Below are positions 1-7,613 of a DNA stretch of 60,697 nt, one piece after another (positions within the stretch are counted from its first letter, which is position 1; each line of letters begins with the position of its first letter). The translations under genes and the position numbers were made by a program. The notes beneath the pieces were generated by a model. The model ran no database searches, was not told where the DNA came from, and saw only the letters and a list, made by a program, of their open reading frames with translations. The stretch is from contig JAUSHZ010000012.1 in assembly GCA_030648255.1 (NCBI GenBank), positions 1 to 60,697 on the forward strand. The letters run 5' to 3'. Origin of the DNA: a bacterium. Lineage in GTDB: Bacteria > Patescibacteriota > Minisyncoccia > Minisyncoccales > CG1-02-41-26.

Positions 1-93
1 CTTAACCATATTTTTAATTGATATTTCTTTGTCTAAAATTGGCTTTATCCATCGATACTTCTCCTCTTTTGTTGATTTGGGCATGATTTTCAT
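1..93 (-). CDS. Partial ORF showing the N-terminus only; it continues past the left edge. Possibly an HTH or transposase-type N-terminus.
   Basis: Manual reverse-strand translation from the ATG at 93-91 gives MKIMPKSTKEEKYRWIKPILDKEISIKNMVK with no stop before position 1. It is open-ended, so it is absent from the ORF track. The family guess rests on 31 residues. Confidence 0.3.
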   Translation of the reverse strand, partial: MKIMPKSTKEEKYRWIKPILDKEISIKNMVK

Positions 94-147
94 ATGCCCC
101 TAGACTATCAGGAAAGTGCAATATGTCTGTATAGATTACCAAAGCTA

Positions 148-176
148 TTGACAGTAAATAGCTTTTATGTTTAAAT
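148..176 (+). promoter_or_regulatory. Candidate sigma70-type promoter for the gene starting at 213
   Basis: TTGACA lies at 148-153, followed by a 17-nt spacer and TTAAAT at 171-176. AAGGAG at 186-191 precedes ATG 213. Confidence 0.35.
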
Positions 177-212
177 GGTATTATTAAGGAGAGTAAAACC
201 TCCTGATTATTT

Positions 213-1232
213 ATGAGTGATTTTGACTATCAAGCAATTTGCGAGGAGCTCTTAGCAGTTTTGCCATCAAGGCAAAGCCAGGTTTTGATGAGAAGGTTTG
301 GTTTAAATCAGGCCCAATCAGAAACCTTGCAAAGAATTGGCAATGATTTGGGCATAACCAGAGAAAGAGTAAGGCAGCTTGAAAAAAGCGGTTTTTTGCG
401 TTTAAAGGATTTTACCGAAAATCAAAACTTAAAAAAAGCGTTTGAATATTTTGGAAATTATTTAAACAAAACCGCTGGGTTAAGACGGGAAGATATTTTA
501 TTTAAAGAACTATCTAATGAAAAAAATAAAAACTTTATTTATTTCTTGCTTGAATTGGCTCCGAGTTTTTCCCGGCTGGGCGATAATGAAAGCGCCTATC
601 CTTTTTGGGCAATAGAAAAAAGCAAAGAAGGGCTGGTTGACTCAATGGTCAAAAAAATAAAAGATTTTTTTCAAAAAGAAAAAAAGCCAATGGATTTGGA
701 AACCTTGGCAAAATGTCTGGATATAAGCGATAATTTATTTTTAAGTTCTTGCTTGGAAATTGCCAAAGACATTGAAGTTGGGCCCTTGGGAAGCTACGGC
801 CTATCAGCTTGGCCAGAAATTAAGCCAAGAGGCGTTAGGGACGCTGCTTTTTTGGTTTTAAAAAAATCTGGCGAGCCATTGCATTTTAGAGCAATTGCTG
901 ATAAGGCCGGAGAATTGCCAGGCGATTTATTTTTAAAAAGAAAAATGCTTCCCCAAACAATTCATAATGAATTGATTCGTGATAGCAGGTTTATTTTGGT
1001 GGGAAGGGGCATCTATGGGTTAAGTGATTGGGGGTATTCATCTGGCACAGTAAAAGATGTTATATTTAAAGTATTACAAGCAAATGCTGGAATGGACAAA
1101 GAAGAGATTTTATTGGCTGTTCAAAAGCAGAGGCTTGTTAAGCCCAATACAGTTTTTTTAAATTTGTCTGATAAGAAGAACTTTGTTAGAGACACTCAGG
1201 GCAAATATACTCTTGCTATTAAAACCGCATAG
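213..1232 (+). CDS. Sigma-70 region-4-like HTH protein with C-terminal winged-helix (HARE-HTH-like) repeats
   Basis: The N-terminus (LPSRQSQVLMRRFGL...ETLQRIGNDLGITRERVRQLEKSGFLRLK) matches the sigma70 region 4 pattern. The C-terminal half contains two RDAAFLVLKKSGEPLHFRAI...GRGIYGL-type modules. Confidence 0.55.
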   Translation: MSDFDYQAICEELLAVLPSRQSQVLMRRFGLNQAQSETLQRIGNDLGITRERVRQLEKSGFLRLKDFTENQNLKKAFEYFGNYLNKTAGLRREDILFKELSNEKNKNFIYFLLELAPSFSRLGDNESAYPFWAIEKSKEGLVDSMVKKIKDFFQKEKKPMDLETLAKCLDISDNLFLSSCLEIAKDIEVGPLGSYGLSAWPEIKPRGVRDAAFLVLKKSGEPLHFRAIADKAGELPGDLFLKRKMLPQTIHNELIRDSRFILVGRGIYGLSDWGYSSGTVKDVIFKVLQANAGMDKEEILLAVQKQRLVKPNTVFLNLSDKKNFVRDTQGKYTLAIKTA

Positions 1233-1235
1233 AAA

Positions 1236-1277
1236 ATTATTCTAATTATTCTAATTGCTCTAATTATTCTAAATAAG
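1236..1277. repeat. Solo copy of the TTCTAATT-type repeat that forms the inverted repeats around the third four-helix-bundle gene
   Basis: The sequence attattctaattattctaattgctctaattattctaaataagc lies directly after the stop at 1232. It shares ttctaattgctctaatt.ttctaaataa with the reverse complement of 37321-37356. Confidence 0.6.
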
Positions 1278-1351
1278 CTCCAAGCCCCAATTGGGAATTG
1301 TTTATTGGGATTTATTTAGGTTAATTAGTATAATTAGGTTAATTTATTTTA

Positions 1352-2659
1352 ATGGACCCTTCTGCTTTTTTACCAATAATAAAAAGTACTCTGAACATAA
1401 TTTGGCAGGTTTTTTCTGTTTGGTGGTGGCTTCCTTTGCCATTTATTTTTTTCCCAAACTTAAAGTTTATATACGAGTGGTATATGAATGATAAATATTG
1501 GGCCCGAGCCAATTGGATAGTTTTGGAAGTTAAAATATCCAAAGAAATTGACAGGCCATTAAAAGCCATGGAGCAGGTTATTTCTAATTTTTGGCAGGTG
1601 TATGACCCAGCTGATTTTAAAGAAAGATGGTTTGAGGGAAAATATCTTTTAAATTTTTCTTTAGAGATTGCTTCAATTGACGGCAAGATCCATTTTTTTA
1701 TTTATTTGCCCGGAGCTTTTAGAAAGGCCTTTGAATCAGCTATTTATTCTCAATACCCAGAAGTGGAAGTTGACCAGGTAATGGACTACACTCGCAGGGT
1801 TCCTCAAGATATCCCCAATAAGGATTGGGATATATGGGCTTGCAATTTTAAAATGATGAAAAAAAGGTGTTATCCTATTAAAACATATCTTAGTTTTTTT
1901 GAGGCAACCCAAGAAATTGAAGAAGAGAGAAGAGTGGACCCATTAGGAGTTCTTTTAGAGGGGATGTCGCGATTAGGCCCGGGCGAGCAGTTGTGGTTTC
2001 AAGTTATGCTCAAGCCAATTTTAAAAGATGATGAAAATGACTGGAGAATAGAGGGCAGAGAAGAATTAGCCAAGCTTCTAAAAAGACCATTGCCAGCCAA
2101 AGATAACAAAACAATTGTGGGGGAGGCATTTAACCTTTTGCTTCACGACAAAGAGCCATTTAAGTCTGAAGAAAAAGTTGAGCCATTGTTACCGCCTGAA
2201 TTGCATATGAGCCCGGGGGAAAAAGATATGGTGGTGGGCATTGAAAATAAAATGGCAAAGTATGGATTTGAAGCAACTATAAGAATGGCTCTTTTGGGTA
2301 AAAAAGATGCTTTTTTCAAGCCAAACTTGCGATTTGTTTTAAATTTGTCAAGCGGTGTTACCACAATAAATTTAAATGGCCTTAAGCCCTTTATGACAAC
2401 TAAGGTGGTTGCTCCAGCTTTTTTTAGAAATCAAAGGCTATATATTAAAAAAAGAAAGCTTTTTGTGCGATATAGAAGCCGATGGGGCTATTACTTCCCC
2501 AAATATGTTCCCGGCCAGGAAAATGGGCATTTAATTTTAAATCAAGAAGAGATAGCCACCCTATGGCATTTTCCAGGCAAAGCTGCTATGCCAGCCGCCG
2601 GACTTGAAACAATTGAATCCAAAAAAGCCGGCCCACCCGCCAATCTACCGATTGGCTAG
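1352..2659 (+). CDS. Hypothetical membrane protein, upstream partner of the VirD4/TraG-like ATPase
   Basis: This is a 435-aa ORF with a hydrophobic N-terminus (IIWQVFSVWWWLPLPFIFF). I recognise no family motif. Confidence 0.5.
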   Translation: MDPSAFLPIIKSTLNIIWQVFSVWWWLPLPFIFFPNLKFIYEWYMNDKYWARANWIVLEVKISKEIDRPLKAMEQVISNFWQVYDPADFKERWFEGKYLLNFSLEIASIDGKIHFFIYLPGAFRKAFESAIYSQYPEVEVDQVMDYTRRVPQDIPNKDWDIWACNFKMMKKRCYPIKTYLSFFEATQEIEEERRVDPLGVLLEGMSRLGPGEQLWFQVMLKPILKDDENDWRIEGREELAKLLKRPLPAKDNKTIVGEAFNLLLHDKEPFKSEEKVEPLLPPELHMSPGEKDMVVGIENKMAKYGFEATIRMALLGKKDAFFKPNLRFVLNLSSGVTTINLNGLKPFMTTKVVAPAFFRNQRLYIKKRKLFVRYRSRWGYYFPKYVPGQENGHLILNQEEIATLWHFPGKAAMPAAGLETIESKKAGPPANLPIG

Positions 2660-2660
2660 A

Positions 2661-2754
2661 AGCTGTTGAAGCCGAGCTTCAACAGCTTCCGAATTGGGTA
2701 AAAGCTGTTGAAGCCGAGTTTTGGGGAGCCTTTGAAGCTCGGGTTCAACAGCTT
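2661..2754. repeat. Two family-A palindromes (CTGTTGAAGC.GAG... core), intergenic
   Basis: One copy is agctgttgaagccgagcttcaacagct at 2661-2687. The other is aagctgttgaagccgagttttggggagcctttgaagctcgggttcaacagctt at 2702-2754. Confidence 0.8.
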
Positions 2755-2777
2755 CACATAAAATAAACACAAAATCT

Positions 2778-4445
2778 ATGCCAGAAGAAATTACATTTTT
2801 CGGTGAGACATCATTTCGTAACGAGCGTAAAAGATTCGGCATCAAGCTTGACGACAGGCGCAAGCATGTTTATGTTATTGGAAAAACTGGCATGGGCAAA
2901 ACCCAGCTTTTAAAAAACATGGCTATCCAGGATATTCAAAATGGCCATGGTGTTGGCTTTGTGGACCCGCACGGCGAAGCAGCCAGCGAGCTTTTGGATT
3001 ATATTCCCAAAGAACGCCTTAAAGATGTTATCTATTTTAACCCGGCTGATCTAGACTTTCCAATTAGTTTTAATGTTATGGAAAAAGTTGATGTTGAGTT
3101 TAGGCACCTCGTTGCCTCTGGCTTAATGGGCGTTTTTAAAAAGATATGGCCTGATGTTTGGTCGGCTCGTATGGAATATATTTTAAACAACTGTATTTTA
3201 TCTTTGTTGGAGTATCCCAATTCAACCCTGCTTGGCGTTAATAGGATTTTAGCTGACGAAGAGTATAGAGCCCGTGTTGTTGAAAAAATTAAAGACCCTA
3301 TTGTTAAGTCATTTTGGCTTAATGAATTTGCCAGATACTCGCAAAAGTATGAAACCGAAGCCACAGCCGCCATTCAAAATAAGATTGGCCAGTTTATTTC
3401 TTCTCCTCTAATTAGAAATATTATCGGGCAAACAAAATCGTCTCTTGATATGAGAAAAATAATGGATGAAGAAAAGATTTTAATTATGGATCTTTCAAAA
3501 GGTAGAATTGGAGAGGATTCTTCAAAACTGTTGGGCGGTCTTTTAATCACTAAACTGCAACTGGCCGCCATGTCGCGGGTGGATACTCCAGAAGATGAGC
3601 GAAAAGATTTCTTTTTATATGTTGATGAGTTTCAAAACTTTGCCACAGAGTCATTTGCCAATATCTTGTCGGAAGCTCGAAAATATAGATTGGGCTTAAC
3701 TTTAGGGCATCAATACATAACTCAAATGGAAGAAACAGTGAGAGACGCTGTGTTTGGCAATGTGGGCACGATGATTGTTTTTAGAGTGGGGGCGGAGGAC
3801 GCTGAGTTTTTAGAAAAAGAATTTGCTCCTAATTTAACAGCCAACGATATTGTTAATTTGGGCAAGTATAATATTTACACAAAGTTAATGGTTAATGGCA
3901 TAGCTGCAAATCCATTTTCAGCTGATACGCTTCCTCCGCTCGATATGCCCGAAAAATCCTTTAAAGATGAAATTATTAATTTTTCAAGAAAAGAATACTC
4001 TGGTGATAGAGAAAAAATAGAGGAAGAAATATCTAGGTGGACCGGGGATTTTGTTTTGCAAAAAGATTTTAAAAAGCCAATTGAGCTTTATGACGCAGTT
4101 TGCGAGGGCTGTAAGAAAAGCACAAAAGTGCCATTCAAACCAGACAACAAAAGGCCTGTTTATTGCAAGGCCTGTTTAAAAAAAATGGAAGCAGATAGTT
4201 CTTTGAATATTCCGAATGCCCCAAATATTCCGAATGCCCCAAAAGTCCCTATTGAAGAAGAGCCAAAGCCAACTTCTTTAGAAGAGCTTTTAATGCGAAA
4301 TACTGTGCCCTTTCTCCGCAAGCAAAAAGAAGAGCAAAAAAGAGCTAAACAAGAAATAAATAAAGAAAAGTTAAAAGAAGCTATCAAAGAGTCATTGAAA
4401 GAAGAGCCAAAGGAGATTTCTCCTGGTGAAGTCATCAAATTTTAA
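2778..4445 (+). CDS. VirD4/TraG/TraD-like P-loop ATPase (type IV coupling-protein family) with a C-terminal CxxC...CxxC zinc ribbon
   Basis: Walker A is GKTGMGKT and Walker-B-like is FFLYVDEFQNF. The C-terminus has CEGCKKS...VYCKAC followed by a Lys/Glu-rich tail. Confidence 0.65.
   Translation: MPEEITFFGETSFRNERKRFGIKLDDRRKHVYVIGKTGMGKTQLLKNMAIQDIQNGHGVGFVDPHGEAASELLDYIPKERLKDVIYFNPADLDFPISFNVMEKVDVEFRHLVASGLMGVFKKIWPDVWSARMEYILNNCILSLLEYPNSTLLGVNRILADEEYRARVVEKIKDPIVKSFWLNEFARYSQKYETEATAAIQNKIGQFISSPLIRNIIGQTKSSLDMRKIMDEEKILIMDLSKGRIGEDSSKLLGGLLITKLQLAAMSRVDTPEDERKDFFLYVDEFQNFATESFANILSEARKYRLGLTLGHQYITQMEETVRDAVFGNVGTMIVFRVGAEDAEFLEKEFAPNLTANDIVNLGKYNIYTKLMVNGIAANPFSADTLPPLDMPEKSFKDEIINFSRKEYSGDREKIEEEISRWTGDFVLQKDFKKPIELYDAVCEGCKKSTKVPFKPDNKRPVYCKACLKKMEADSSLNIPNAPNIPNAPKVPIEEEPKPTSLEELLMRNTVPFLRKQKEEQKRAKQEINKEKLKEAIKESLKEEPKEISPGEVIKF
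4206..4241. repeat. Perfect 18-bp tandem duplication inside the ATPase gene
   Basis: The unit aatattccgaatgcccca occurs twice and encodes NIPNAP NIPNAP. Confidence 0.85.
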
Positions 4446-4446
4446 T

Positions 4447-5580
4447 ATGTTTCGCTACTTAAACGATTATAATTTTTTTAATAAAAAAGTGCTTGTTAGG
4501 TGCGATTTTAACGTAGCGATTGAAAAAAATAAAGTTGTTGATGATTTTAAAATAAAAAGGGCTCTGGAAACCATTAGTTATTTAAAAGAAAGCGAGGCAA
4601 AAATAATTTTAATAAGCCATTTAGAGAAAAAAAACTTTTTTGATAAAGCATCGTTAAGGCCAGTTGTTTCTGTTTTAGAAAATTTGCTTAATGATAAAGT
4701 TTTATTTTCTAAAAAAATGGTTAATAGCTTAAAGCCGGGCCAGATTTTACTTTTGGAAAATTTGCGATTTAACAAAGGTGAAAAAAATAATAGCGAAAAA
4801 TTTGCTAAAGAATTAGCCAGCTTAGCTGATGTATTTGTCCAAGAAGCTTTTAGCTGCTGTCATAGAAGGCATGCCTCAATTGTTTCAATGCCGAAGTTTT
4901 TGCCTCATTTTATTGGGTTTGAGTGCGAGAGAGAGATTAATGTTTTAGGTTCTTTAATTGAAAACCCAGAAAGACCGTTAGTTGTTTTGATTGGCGGGGC
5001 AAAAATTGAAGCCAAGTTAAGTATGCTAAAAAGATTTTTGCCTCTGAGCGACCATCTGCTTTTTGGCGGTAAAATCGCTAACGCTTTATTGATTACCAAG
5101 GGGATTATTGTTGGCAGGGATCTGCCAAATAAGGAAACTCAAGAAATTTTGTCTAATATAAATCTAACCGACCAAAAAATTCATTTACCTTTAGATGTTT
5201 TAGCCTATTGGGACGATGGTAATGATATCACTCGACAAACATCTCCAGGAAAAGTAAGAAAAGACGAAGAAATTTTTGATATTGGCCAAGCGACTGTAGA
5301 AAAGTTTTCGGAAATTTTAAAAATAGCCAAAACAATTTTTTGGTCAGGGGATTTGGGCATGGTTGAAAATCCAAAATTTAGAAAAGGCACTTTAGAAATT
5401 GCCAAAGCCATAAGCCAAAATAAAAACGCCTTAAAAGTGGCTGGAGGGGGAGACACCGTTGCTTTCATAAGAGCTCAAGGCATGACTGATGGTTTTTCTT
5501 TTATGTCAATTGGCGGAAGCGCAATGTTGGAATTTATCGCTAACGGTACCCTACCCGGCATTGAAGCCCTGAAAATATGA
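4447..5580 (+). CDS. pgk: Phosphoglycerate kinase
   Basis: Residues VLVRCDFNV...ISHL...LLLENLRFNKGE...GGAKI...GGGDT are PGK hallmarks. I prefer ATG 4447 (MFRYLNDY) over the track start at 4426, which overlaps the upstream stop. Confidence 0.9.
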   Translation: MFRYLNDYNFFNKKVLVRCDFNVAIEKNKVVDDFKIKRALETISYLKESEAKIILISHLEKKNFFDKASLRPVVSVLENLLNDKVLFSKKMVNSLKPGQILLLENLRFNKGEKNNSEKFAKELASLADVFVQEAFSCCHRRHASIVSMPKFLPHFIGFECEREINVLGSLIENPERPLVVLIGGAKIEAKLSMLKRFLPLSDHLLFGGKIANALLITKGIIVGRDLPNKETQEILSNINLTDQKIHLPLDVLAYWDDGNDITRQTSPGKVRKDEEIFDIGQATVEKFSEILKIAKTIFWSGDLGMVENPKFRKGTLEIAKAISQNKNALKVAGGGDTVAFIRAQGMTDGFSFMSIGGSAMLEFIANGTLPGIEALKI

Positions 5581-6818
5581 CAGAAATAAAAAACTTAAAA
5601 AAAGCCGCTAAAAAGATTAGACAGGCCATCAAAAAGAGAGAAAAAATTATTATTTTTGCCGACGCTGATTTAGATGGGACAACCTCAGCCCTTATTTTGG
5701 AAGAAACAATCCAGAACTTAGGGGGGGGGGTTGATTTAGTTTACTTTCCAGATAGAGATACCGACGGTTATGGATTAACCGAAAAAGCGCTTGGTAATTT
5801 TATTAATAGGGCCCCTGGCCTTTTAGTGGCTTTGGATTGCGGAATCGGTAGCTTTGAGGGAATAAAAAAGGCATCTCGGGCTGGTTTTAAAGTTATTGTT
5901 ATCGACCATCATGAAATTTTAGGGAAATTACCCGAAAACGCTCTGGTTATTGACCCCAAACAGCCAAAAGATAAATATCCATTTAAAAAGTTAGCTAATG
6001 TTAGCTTAACATATAAGCTAAGCGAAATAATTTTAGGTAAAGAAATGTCCAATATTGTTCAAAAAAGTTTTCTGGAGCTTTCGGCTTTGGGCGCAATTGC
6101 CGACATGATGCCAGAACAGGATTATAATAAAAAAGTCATTGAGGAAGGGACCCTTTGTTTAAAGGAAACATTCAGGCCCGGTTTTCTAGCTCTTATTGAT
6201 TTTGTAAAAAAAGATGGAGATACCTCCCGAAATATTTTTCAAAAAATAGTTACGATTTTAAATATTACAGGCCTGAGAAACAACTTAACCGAAAGCTATT
6301 TGCTTTTTAAAGAAAAAAATCTTTCAAAAGCCAAGGAAATGGTAAGAAATTTGGTTGACGAATCAGTAAAGAGGCAGATAAGAATTCAAGAAATAGCCGA
6401 GCAAGTTATTCTTAGCGATAAATTAGACAACAATATTGTTTTTATTGGAAACGAAATGTGGGAGCAAATTTTAACAGGGCCGGTTGCTTCAAGGGTTTGT
6501 AATAAAACTAAAAAACCAACTTTTATTTTTAAAATTGGCAAACCCTGTAGTGAGAGCGAGAGCGCTCTACTACGGGGCAAAGAAAAATGCAGGGGGTCGG
6601 TTCGCATGCCTGATAAAAGAGATGCGGTTATGGCTATGAAATCCTGCGACAATTTTTTAGAGGTTTATGGGGGCCATCCACCAGCGGCCGGGTTTACAAC
6701 TTCAAAAGATAAAGTAGAGGGATTAAAAAAGTGCTTGAAAGAATACTTTTTAAAAAATCTCGACCCCACCCCTCTGCCCGCAAGCAGAGGAGTGGGGTCG
6801 GGTGGAAATTCTTTATGA
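5577..6818 (+). CDS. recJ: Short RecJ-like DHH-family phosphoesterase/exonuclease
   Basis: DHH motifs are present: FADADLDGTTS, DRDTDGYG, ALDCG and VIVIDHH. At 413 aa it is shorter than canonical RecJ. It shares an ATGA overlap with rnhA. Confidence 0.7.
   Translation: MTEIKNLKKAAKKIRQAIKKREKIIIFADADLDGTTSALILEETIQNLGGGVDLVYFPDRDTDGYGLTEKALGNFINRAPGLLVALDCGIGSFEGIKKASRAGFKVIVIDHHEILGKLPENALVIDPKQPKDKYPFKKLANVSLTYKLSEIILGKEMSNIVQKSFLELSALGAIADMMPEQDYNKKVIEEGTLCLKETFRPGFLALIDFVKKDGDTSRNIFQKIVTILNITGLRNNLTESYLLFKEKNLSKAKEMVRNLVDESVKRQIRIQEIAEQVILSDKLDNNIVFIGNEMWEQILTGPVASRVCNKTKKPTFIFKIGKPCSESESALLRGKEKCRGSVRMPDKRDAVMAMKSCDNFLEVYGGHPPAAGFTTSKDKVEGLKKCLKEYFLKNLDPTPLPASRGVGSGGNSL
5721..5730. repeat. 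G10 homopolymer inside the recJ-like coding sequence
   Basis: A run of ten G residues is read as GGG GGG GGG G (..LGGGV..). Confidence 0.9.
6761..6802. repeat. Family-C GC-rich palindrome forming the recJ-like C-terminus
   Basis: The sequence is cgaccccacccctctgcccgcaagcagaggagtggggtcgg. A second copy lies in ftsZ at 41354-41397. Confidence 0.85.
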
Positions 6819-7255
6819 AAATCATAATAAATACTGATGGAGGTTCGCGGGGCAATCCCGGGGAGGGAGCAATTGGGGTTGTCTTAAGCGACGAGAAGGG
6901 AAGCGTTATTAAAAGTTATGGTGAAGCAATTGGTTTTTGCACTAACAACGAAGCAGAATATAGGGCCTTGATTTTTGCTTTAAAAAAAGCCAAGGCCTAT
7001 TTTGGCAAAGATAAAATTAAATCGTATGAAATTGAGGTAAGGTCAGATTCTGAACTTTTAGTTAATCAAATAAACGGGAAATATAAAATACAGGACGAAA
7101 GAATGGGAAAGCTGTTTTTAGAGGTTTGGAATTTAAGAGTTGAATTGCCAAAAATAAAGTTCACATCAATACCTAGAGAGCAAAATAAATTAGCTGATAA
7201 ATTGGTTAATGATTCTTTTTTAGTTTTGCAACAAAAAACCTTAGCAAACCGATAA
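6815..7255 (+). CDS. rnhA: Ribonuclease HI
   Basis: Residues IINTDGGSRGNPG...NNEAEYRALIFAL...VRSDSELLVNQ match RNase H type 1. The start is set at ATG 6815. The track's 28-codon extension lies inside the family-C palindrome. Confidence 0.85.
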   Translation: MKIIINTDGGSRGNPGEGAIGVVLSDEKGSVIKSYGEAIGFCTNNEAEYRALIFALKKAKAYFGKDKIKSYEIEVRSDSELLVNQINGKYKIQDERMGKLFLEVWNLRVELPKIKFTSIPREQNKLADKLVNDSFLVLQQKTLANR

Positions 7256-7584
7256 GCCGAATTCTGTCGAGGACAATCATTTATCTAGCCCTAATATTAC
7301 TATTAAGGTCATGCGAGCTACTTTTTACGATTAGGCAAATCCGGAGATTGTCTAATCGCTTGCTCTTGCACCCAAGTAAGGATTTAGCCGTTTCACCCTT
7401 CGCTTCTGCGAAGATTACCCCAATTGCTGGGGCCTTTTTATTTTTCAATAAAAAGCGTCACTGTTCGCACCTCGCGCCTTACGGCGGACGGGGATTACCC
7501 GCTACTATTCAATGGAGTGTTCGGACTTTCCTCCAACCTCATAATTTGTTATCATGAAGTCAGCGATTGCCTAGTTTGCTAAGG
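7239..7584 (-). ncRNA. rnpB: RNase P RNA, bacterial type
   Basis: The reverse strand carries GGAGGAAAGTCCGAACAC (CR-I) and ACAGAATTCGGCTTA (CR-V). The terminal P1 helix pairs ccttagcaaac with gtttgctaagg. Length is about 346 nt. Confidence 0.85.
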
Positions 7585-7613
7585 CATTTTTATTATAAGT
7601 AATCAATTAATTA

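Noticed and set aside
1291-1686. The small ORFs at 1291-1491 (+) and 1339-1686 (-)
   Set aside because: Both overlap the 5' end of the 435-aa ORF that starts at ATG 1352. The products are AT-rich and low-complexity.
7348-7557. The 69-aa plus-strand ORF
   Set aside because: It lies entirely within the minus-strand RNase P RNA gene. It has no start context and a low-complexity product.
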